A DNA stretch of 64,000 bases, from assembly GCA_040954595.2 (NCBI GenBank), contig CM082598.2:10245097-10309096 (forward strand), read 5' to 3'. The DNA comes from Balanoglossus misakiensis. Its lineage: Eukaryota > Animalia > Hemichordata. Positions 55,195 to 64,000 of this stretch are shown in pieces (the stretch's first letter is position 1; every line of letters begins with the position of its first letter). The notes beneath the pieces are model-generated. The model was not told the DNA's origin, searched no databases, and saw only the letters and a list, made by a program, of their open reading frames with translations. Both the position numbers and the translations under genes were made by a program.

Positions 55195-58100
55195 TCAACT
55201 CTTACCCTTGATCTTTGAATCCTAACCCTTCACCCTTGAAATCTAACATTTTAATCTTGAATTCTTACAGTTGAACCTTTGACCCTTAAATTGTATTCCT
55301 TGACCCTTGAACGTTATCATTTGACCCATGAAATCTAATCTTTGGCCACTGATCCTTTGTCCTTTTATCCTTGACCATTGACTTCTGAACCTATGTTCGG
55401 TTATCTCAAACTCTTGAACTCTAACCCTTGACCTTTGAACCATCAACTCTAACCTATGACATTTGACCCCTTGACTTTAACTCCAACTTTTGACTTTTGA
55501 ACGTTAACCCTTGAACGTTGACCCTTGACCCCTTCATCTTTGATCTCCAAATCTTGAACTCTAACACTTGACATGAGACCCTTTGACCCCTTGATCCTTT
55601 ATCTCCAACTCTTGAACTCTAACCCTTGACCTTTGAACCTTCTACTCTAACCCTTGACCTTTGACCCTTGACCTTTGACCCTTGAAATCTAACCTTTGAC
55701 CCTTTGACCCCTTGATTCTTGATCTCAAACACTTGAACTCTAACCCTTGGCCTTTGACCCTAGACCCCTTGAACCTTGATCTCCAAATTTTGAACTCTAA
55801 CCCTTGACCTTTGACCCTTGAACTATAACCTTTGACCCTTCAACTATATCACTTAAACTCTATTACTTGGCCACTGACTCTTGGTCCCTTGTCCCTTGAC
55901 CCTTGCACCTTTGACCCTTGAAATGTAACCCTAACCCTTTGACCCTTGACCTTTGACCCTTGACCCTTTGACCCCTTGATCCTTGATCTCCAATTCTTGA
56001 ACTCTAACCCTAGACTCTTGACCTCTTGACCTTAACTCCAACTTTTGACTTTTGAAATCTAACCCTTGACCTTTGACCCTTGACCTTTGACCCTAGAAAT
56101 CTAACCTTTGACCCTTGACACTTTGACAGCTTGATCCTAGATCTCCAACTCTTGAACTCTAACCCTTGACCTTTGAACCTTCAACTCTAACCCTTGACCT
56201 TTGAACCTTCAACTCTAACCCTTGACTCTTGACCTCTTGACGTAAACTCCAACTTTTGACGTTTGACGTCTAACCCTTGACCTTTGACCCTTGAAATCTA
56301 ACCTTTGACCCTTTGACCCATTGACCCTTGATCTCCAACTCTTGAACTCTAACCCTTGACCTTTGAACCTTCAACTCCAACCCTTGACCCATGACCTCTT
56401 GACCTTAACTCCAACCTTTGACTTTTTAACTCTAACCATTGACCTTTGATTCTTGACCTATGACCCTTGAAATCTAACATTTGACCCTTGACCCTTTGAC
56501 CCCTTGATCCTTGATCTCAAACTCTTGAACTCTAAGCCTTGACCTTTGAACCTTCAACCCTAACCCTTGACCCTTAACCTCTTGACCTTAACTCCAACCT
56601 TTGACTTTTGAACTCTAACCGTTGACCTTTGACCCTTGAACTATAACCTTTTACCCTTGAACTATATCACTTAAACTCTCATTCTTGGCCACTGACTCTT
56701 TGACCCTTGACCCTTGACCTTTGACCCTTGAAATGTAACCTTTGACCTTTGACCCCTTGATCCTTGATCTCCAACTCTTGAACTCTAACCCTTGACCTTT
56801 GAACCTTAAACTCTAACCCTTGACCCTTTGACCCATGACCTCTGACCATTGAAATGTAACCTTTGACCTTTGACCCCTTGATCCTTGATCTCCAACCTTT
56901 GAACTCTAACCCTTGACCCTTGACCTCTTGACCTTAACTCCAACTTCTGACTTTTGCAACCTAACCCTTGACCTTTGACCCATGACCTTTGACCATTGAA
57001 ATGTAACCTTTGACCTTTGACCCCTTGATCCTTGATCTCCAACTCGTGAACTCTAACCCTTGACCCTTGACATCTTGACCTTAACTCCAACTTTTGACTT
57101 TTGAACTCTAATCCTTGACCTTTGACCCTTGACCCCTTGAACCTTGATCTCCAAATCTTGAACTCTAACCCTTGACCTTTGAACCTTCAAATCTAACCCT
57201 TGACCTTTAACCCTTGACCTTTGACCCTTGATCCTTGATCTCCAATTCTTGAACTCTAACCCTTGACTCTTGACCTCTTGACCTTAACTCCAACTTTTGA
57301 CTTTTGAAATCTAACCCTTGACCTTTGACCCTTGACATTTGACCCTTGAAATCTAACCTTTGACCCATGACCCTTTGACCCCATGATCCTTGATCTCCAA
57401 CTCTTGAACTCTAATCCTTGACCTTTGAATTTTCAACTCAAACCCTTGACCCTTGAACTCTTGACCTTAACTCCAACTTTTGACTTTTGAACTCTAACCA
57501 ATGACCCTTGACCTTTGACCATTGAAATCTAACCTTTGACCCATGACCCTTTGACCCCTTGATCCTTGATCTCCAATTCTTGAACTCTAACCCTTGACTC
57601 TTGACCTCTTGACCTTAACTCCAACTTTTGACTTTTGAACTCTAACTGTTGACCTTTGACGCTTGAACTATTACCTTTGACCCTTGAACTATATCACTTA
57701 AACTCTATTACTTGGGCACAGACTCTTGGTCCCTTGTCCCTTGACCCTTGCAACTTTGACCCATGAAATGTAACCCTAACCCTTTGACCCTTGACCTTTG
57801 ACCCTTGAAATCTAACCTTTGACCCTTGACCCTTTGACCCCTTGATCCTTGATCTCCAATTCTTGAACTCTAACCCTTGACTCTTGACCTCTTGACCTTA
57901 ACTCCAACTTTTGACTTTTGAACTCTAACCCTTGACCTTTGACCCTTGACCCTTGAAATCTAACCTTTGACCCATGACCCTTTGACCCCATGTTCCTTGA
58001 TCTCCAACTCTTGAACTCTAATCCTTGACCTTTGAACCTTCAACTCAAACATTTGACCCTTGACCTCTTGACCTTAACTCCAACTTTTGACTTTTGAACT

Positions 58101-60503
58101 TTAACCCTTGACCTTTGACCCTTGACCTTTGACCTTTGAAATCTAACCTTTGACCCTTGACCCTTTGACCCCTCGATCCTTGATCTCCAATTCTTGAACT
58201 TTAACCCTTGACTCTTGACCTCTTGACCTTAACTCCAACCTTTGACTTTTGAAATCTAACCCTTGACCTTTGACCCTTGACCTTTGACCCTTGAAATCTA
58301 ACCTTTGACCCTTGACACTTTGACCGCTTGATCCTAGATCTCCAACTCTTGAACTCTAACCCTTGACCTTTGAACCTTCAACTCTAACCCTTGACCCTTG
58401 AACCTTCAACTCTAACCCTATACTCTTGACTTCTTGACCTAATCTCCAAATTTTGACGTTTGACATCTAACCCTTGACCTTTGACCCTAGACCTTTGACC
58501 CTTGAAATCTAACCTTTGACCCTTTGACCCCTTGATCCTTGATCTCCAACTCTTGAACTCTAACCCTTGACCTGTGAACCTTCAACTCTAACCCTTGACC
58601 CTTGACCTCTTGACCTTAACTCCAACTTTTGACTTTTTAACTCTAACCATTGACCTTTGATCCTTGACCTTCGGCCTTTGAAATCTAACATTTGACCCTT
58701 GACCCTTTGATCCCTTGATCCTTGATCTCAAACTCTTGAACTCTAAGCCTTGACCTTTGAACCTTCAACCCTAACCCTTGACCCTTGACCTCTTGACCTT
58801 AACTCCAACCTTTGACTTTTGAACTCTAACCGTTGACCTTTGACCCTTGAACTATAACCTCTTCCCTCTTGGCCACTGACTCTTGGTCACTTGACCCTTG
58901 ACCTTTGACCCTCGACCCTTGCAACTTTGACCTTTGAAATCTAACCTTTGACCCCTTGATCCTTTGACCCCTTGATCCTGGATCTCCAACTCTTGAAATC
59001 TAACCCTTGACCTTTGACCCTTGACCTTTGACTCTTGAAATGTAACCTTTGACCATTGACCCCTTGATCCCTGATCCCCCAACTCTTGAACTCTAACCCT
59101 TGACCTTTGAACCTTCAACTCTAACCCTTGACCTTTGACCCATGACCTTTGACCATTGAAATGTAACCTTTGACCTTAAACCCCTTGATCCTTGATCTCC
59201 AACTCTTGAACTCTAACCCTTGACCCTTGACCTCTTGACCTTAACTCCAACTTCTGGCTTTTGAAACCTAACCCTTGACCTTTGACCCATGACCTTTGAC
59301 CATTGAGATGTAACCTTTGACCTTTGACCCCTTGATCCTTGATCTCCAACTCTTGAACTCTAACCCTTGACCTCTTGACCTCAACTCCAACTGTTGACTT
59401 TTGAAATCTCACCCTTGACCTTTGACCCTTGACCCCTTGAACCTTGATCTCCAAATCTTGAACTCTAACCCTTGACCTTTGAACCTTCAACTCCAACCAC
59501 TAACCTTTGACCCTTGACCCTTTGACCCCTTGATCCTTGATCTCCAATTCTTGAACTCTAACCCTTGACTCTTGACCTCTTGACCTTAACTCCAACTTTT
59601 GACTTTTGAAATCTAACCCTTGACCTTTGACCCTTGACCATTGACCCTTGAAATCTAACCTTTCACCCATGACCCTTTGACCCCATGATCGTTGATCTCC
59701 AACTCTTGAACTCTAATCCTTGACCTTTGAACCTTCAACTCAAACCCTTGACCCTTGACCTCTTGACCTTAACTCCAACTTTTGAATTTTGAACTCTAAC
59801 CCTTGACCTTTGACCCTTGACCATTGAAATCTAACCTTTGACCCTTGACCCTTTGACCCCTTGATCCTTGATCTCCATTTCTTGAACTCTAACCCTTGAC
59901 TCTTGACCTCTTGACCTTAACTCCAACTCTTGACCTTTGACCCTTGACCTTTGACCCCTGAAATCTAACCTTTGACCCTTGACACTTTGACCGCTTGATC
60001 CTAGATCTCCAACTCTTGAACTTTAACCCTTGACCTTTGAACCTTCAACTCTAACCCTTGACCTTTGAACCTTCAACTCTAACCCTTGACTCTTGACCTC
60101 TTGACCTAAACTCCAACTTTTGACGTTTGACGTCTAACCCTTGACCTTTGACCCTTGACCTTTGACCCTTGAAATCTAACCTTTGACCCTTTGACCCCTT
60201 GACCTTTGATCTCCAACTCTTGAACTCTAACCCTTGACATTTGAACCTTCAACTCTAACCCTTGACCCTTGACCTCTTGACCTTAACTCCTACCTTTGAC
60301 TTTTTAACTCTAACCATTGACCTTTGATCCTTGACCTATGACCCTTGAAATCTAACATTTGACCTTTGACCCTTTGACCCCTTGATCCTTGATCTCAAAC
60401 TCTTGAAATCTAACCCTTAACCTTTTACCCTTTACCTTTGACCCTTGAAATGTAACCTTTGACCTTTGACCCCTTGATCCTTGATCTCCAACTCTTGAAC
60501 TCT
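55195..60503 (-). repeat. Degenerate telomere-like minisatellite (7-mer TTGACCC/TTGACCT with AACTCTAACCC motifs); G-rich strand is the minus strand
   Basis: ~5.3 kb of TTGACCY, TTGATCC and CTAACCC words, reading GGGTCAA/GGGTTAG on the minus strand; most diverged at the proximal edge. Confidence 0.93.
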
Positions 60504-60506
60504 CTT

Positions 60507-60669
60507 GGGTTAGGGGTTAGGGGTTAGGGGTTAGGGGTTAGGGGTTAGGGGTTAGGGTTAGGGTTAGGGTTAGGGTTAGGGGTTAGGGGTTAGGGGTTAG
60601 GGGTTAGGGGTTAGGGGTTAGGGTTAGGGTTAGGGTTAGGGTTAGGGGTTAGGGGTTAGGGGTTAGGGG
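60507..60669 (+). repeat. Telomere variant repeat zone: (TTAGGGG)6(TTAGGG)4(TTAGGGG)6(TTAGGG)4(TTAGGGG)4
   Basis: Parsed base by base from 60510 to 60669. Confidence 0.93.
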
Positions 60670-63600
60670 TTAGGGTTAGGGTTAGGGTTAGGGTTAGGGT
60701 TAGGGTTAGGGTTAGGGTTAGGGTTAGGGTTAGGGTTAGGGTTAGGGTTAGGGTTAGGGTTAGGGTTAGGGTTAGGGTTAGGGTTAGGGTTAGGGTTAGG
60801 GTTAGGGTTAGGGTTAGGGTTAGGGTTAGGGTTAGGGTTAGGGTTAGGGTTAGGGTTAGGGTTAGGGTTAGGGTTAGGGTTAGGGTTAGGGTTAGGGTTA
60901 GGGTTAGGGTTAGGGTTAGGGTTAGGGTTAGGGTTAGGGTTAGGGTTAGGGTTAGGGTTAGGGTTAGGGTTAGGGTTAGGGTTAGGGTTAGGGTTAGGGT
61001 TAGGGTTAGGGTTAGGGTTAGGGTTAGGGTTAGGGTTAGGGTTAGGGTTAGGGTTAGGGTTAGGGTTAGGGTTAGGGTTAGGGTTAGGGTTAGGGTTAGG
61101 GTTAGGGTTAGGGTTAGGGTTAGGGTTAGGGTTAGGGTTAGGGTTAGGGTTAGGGTTAGGGTTAGGGTTAGGGTTAGGGTTAGGGTTAGGGTTAGGGTTA
61201 GGGTTAGGGTTAGGGTTAGGGTTAGGGTTAGGGTTAGGGTTAGGGTTAGGGTTAGGGTTAGGGTTAGGGTTAGGGTTAGGGTTAGGGTTAGGGTTAGGGT
61301 TAGGGTTAGGGTTAGGGTTAGGGTTAGGGTTAGGGTTAGGGTTAGGGTTAGGGTTAGGGTTAGGGTTAGGGTTAGGGTTAGGGTTAGGGTTAGGGTTAGG
61401 GTTAGGGTTAGGGTTAGGGTTAGGGTTAGGGTTAGGGTTAGGGTTAGGGTTAGGGTTAGGGTTAGGGTTAGGGTTAGGGTTAGGGTTAGGGTTAGGGTTA
61501 GGGTTAGGGTTAGGGTTAGGGTTAGGGTTAGGGTTAGGGTTAGGGTTAGGGTTAGGGTTAGGGTTAGGGTTAGGGTTAGGGTTAGGGTTAGGGTTAGGGT
61601 TAGGGTTAGGGTTAGGGTTAGGGTTAGGGTTAGGGTTAGGGTTAGGGTTAGGGTTAGGGTTAGGGTTAGGGTTAGGGTTAGGGTTAGGGTTAGGGTTAGG
61701 GTTAGGGTTAGGGTTAGGGTTAGGGTTAGGGTTAGGGTTAGGGTTAGGGTTAGGGTTAGGGTTAGGGTTAGGGTTAGGGTTAGGGTTAGGGTTAGGGTTA
61801 GGGTTAGGGTTAGGGTTAGGGTTAGGGTTAGGGTTAGGGTTAGGGTTAGGGTTAGGGTTAGGGTTAGGGTTAGGGTTAGGGTTAGGGTTAGGGTTAGGGT
61901 TAGGGTTAGGGTTAGGGTTAGGGTTAGGGTTAGGGTTAGGGTTAGGGTTAGGGTTAGGGTTAGGGTTAGGGTTAGGGTTAGGGTTAGGGTTAGGGTTAGG
62001 GTTAGGGTTAGGGTTAGGGTTAGGGTTAGGGTTAGGGTTAGGGTTAGGGTTAGGGTTAGGGTTAGGGTTAGGGTTAGGGTTAGGGTTAGGGTTAGGGTTA
62101 GGGTTAGGGTTAGGGTTAGGGTTAGGGTTAGGGTTAGGGTTAGGGTTAGGGTTAGGGTTAGGGTTAGGGTTAGGGTTAGGGTTAGGGTTAGGGTTAGGGT
62201 TAGGGTTAGGGTTAGGGTTAGGGTTAGGGTTAGGGTTAGGGTTAGGGTTAGGGTTAGGGTTAGGGTTAGGGTTAGGGTTAGGGTTAGGGTTAGGGTTAGG
62301 GTTAGGGTTAGGGTTAGGGTTAGGGTTAGGGTTAGGGTTAGGGTTAGGGTTAGGGTTAGGGTTAGGGTTAGGGTTAGGGTTAGGGTTAGGGTTAGGGTTA
62401 GGGTTAGGGTTAGGGTTAGGGTTAGGGTTAGGGTTAGGGTTAGGGTTAGGGTTAGGGTTAGGGTTAGGGTTAGGGTTAGGGTTAGGGTTAGGGTTAGGGT
62501 TAGGGTTAGGGTTAGGGTTAGGGTTAGGGTTAGGGTTAGGGTTAGGGTTAGGGTTAGGGTTAGGGTTAGGGTTAGGGTTAGGGTTAGGGTTAGGGTTAGG
62601 GTTAGGGTTAGGGTTAGGGTTAGGGTTAGGGTTAGGGTTAGGGTTAGGGTTAGGGTTAGGGTTAGGGTTAGGGTTAGGGTTAGGGTTAGGGTTAGGGTTA
62701 GGGTTAGGGTTAGGGTTAGGGTTAGGGTTAGGGTTAGGGTTAGGGTTAGGGTTAGGGTTAGGGTTAGGGTTAGGGTTAGGGTTAGGGTTAGGGTTAGGGT
62801 TAGGGTTAGGGTTAGGGTTAGGGTTAGGGTTAGGGTTAGGGTTAGGGTTAGGGTTAGGGTTAGGGTTAGGGTTAGGGTTAGGGTTAGGGTTAGGGTTAGG
62901 GTTAGGGTTAGGGTTAGGGTTAGGGTTAGGGTTAGGGTTAGGGTTAGGGTTAGGGTTAGGGTTAGGGTTAGGGTTAGGGTTAGGGTTAGGGTTAGGGTTA
63001 GGGTTAGGGTTAGGGTTAGGGTTAGGGTTAGGGTTAGGGTTAGGGTTAGGGTTAGGGTTAGGGTTAGGGTTAGGGTTAGGGTTAGGGTTAGGGTTAGGGT
63101 TAGGGTTAGGGTTAGGGTTAGGGTTAGGGTTAGGGTTAGGGTTAGGGTTAGGGTTAGGGTTAGGGTTAGGGTTAGGGTTAGGGTTAGGGTTAGGGTTAGG
63201 GTTAGGGTTAGGGTTAGGGTTAGGGTTAGGGTTAGGGTTAGGGTTAGGGTTAGGGTTAGGGTTAGGGTTAGGGTTAGGGTTAGGGTTAGGGTTAGGGTTA
63301 GGGTTAGGGTTAGGGTTAGGGTTAGGGTTAGGGTTAGGGTTAGGGTTAGGGTTAGGGTTAGGGTTAGGGTTAGGGTTAGGGTTAGGGTTAGGGTTAGGGT
63401 TAGGGTTAGGGTTAGGGTTAGGGTTAGGGTTAGGGTTAGGGTTAGGGTTAGGGTTAGGGTTAGGGTTAGGGTTAGGGTTAGGGTTAGGGTTAGGGTTAGG
63501 GTTAGGGTTAGGGTTAGGGTTAGGGTTAGGGTTAGGGTTAGGGTTAGGGTTAGGGTTAGGGTTAGGGTTAGGGTTAGGGTTAGGGTTAGGGTTAGGGTTA

Positions 63601-64000
63601 GGGTTAGGGTTAGGGTTAGGGTTAGGGTTAGGGTTAGGGTTAGGGTTAGGGTTAGGGTTAGGGTTAGGGTTAGGGTTAGGGTTAGGGTTAGGGTTAGGGT
63701 TAGGGTTAGGGTTAGGGTTAGGGTTAGGGTTAGGGTTAGGGTTAGGGTTAGGGTTAGGGTTAGGGTTAGGGTTAGGGTTAGGGTTAGGGTTAGGGTTAGG
63801 GTTAGGGTTAGGGTTAGGGTTAGGGTTAGGGTTAGGGTTAGGGTTAGGGTTAGGGTTAGGGTTAGGGTTAGGGTTAGGGTTAGGGTTAGGGTTAGGGTTA
63901 GGGTTAGGGTTAGGGTTAGGGTTAGGGTTAGGGTTAGGGTTAGGGTTAGGGTTAGGGTTAGGGTTAGGGTTAGGGTTAGGGTTAGGGTTAGGGTTAGGGT
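60670..64000 (+). repeat. Telomere, (TTAGGG)n, ~555 repeats to the window end
   Basis: Uninterrupted TTAGGG, with the G-rich strand running 5'->3' toward the end as expected for a right chromosome terminus. Confidence 0.98.

Noticed and set aside
56806-59496. Minus-strand ORFs rich in GQRSRVRVQELEIKDQG
   Set aside because: Translations of the 7-mer minisatellite with frequent frame changes; no evidence of coding.
60480-60520. Telomere-telomere fusion site
   Set aside because: The polarity is C-rich then G-rich, the reverse of a fusion signature.

Overview
Eukaryotic (metazoan-type TTAGGG) chromosome end, read centromere-to-telomere. (1) 1-499: short unique flank. (2) 500-47560: a ~47 kb macrosatellite of ~16.25 tandem units (canonical 2820 bp; variants 2257-3308 bp). 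Each unit is an intron-containing, pseudogenised fragment of the 3' part of Integrator complex subunit 1 (INTS1): six GT-AG exons, two internal exons missing, and shared stops and frameshifts. A central island of divergent units carries deletions and a 985-bp TTAA-target TIR element (Kolobok-like). (3) ~47884-53310: AT-rich 629-bp satellite built from ~176-bp subrepeats, decaying to ~55190. (4) ~55195-60503: degenerate 7-mer minisatellite (TTGACCY/CTAACCC), telomere-like but oriented opposite to the telomere. (5) 60507-60669: ordered TTAGGGG/TTAGGG variant zone. (6) 60670-64000: pure (TTAGGG)n. No intact protein-coding gene is seen; the ORF track consists of exon read-throughs, antisense shadows and repeat artefacts. 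The INTS1 assignment rests on my recall of the human protein, not on a database search.
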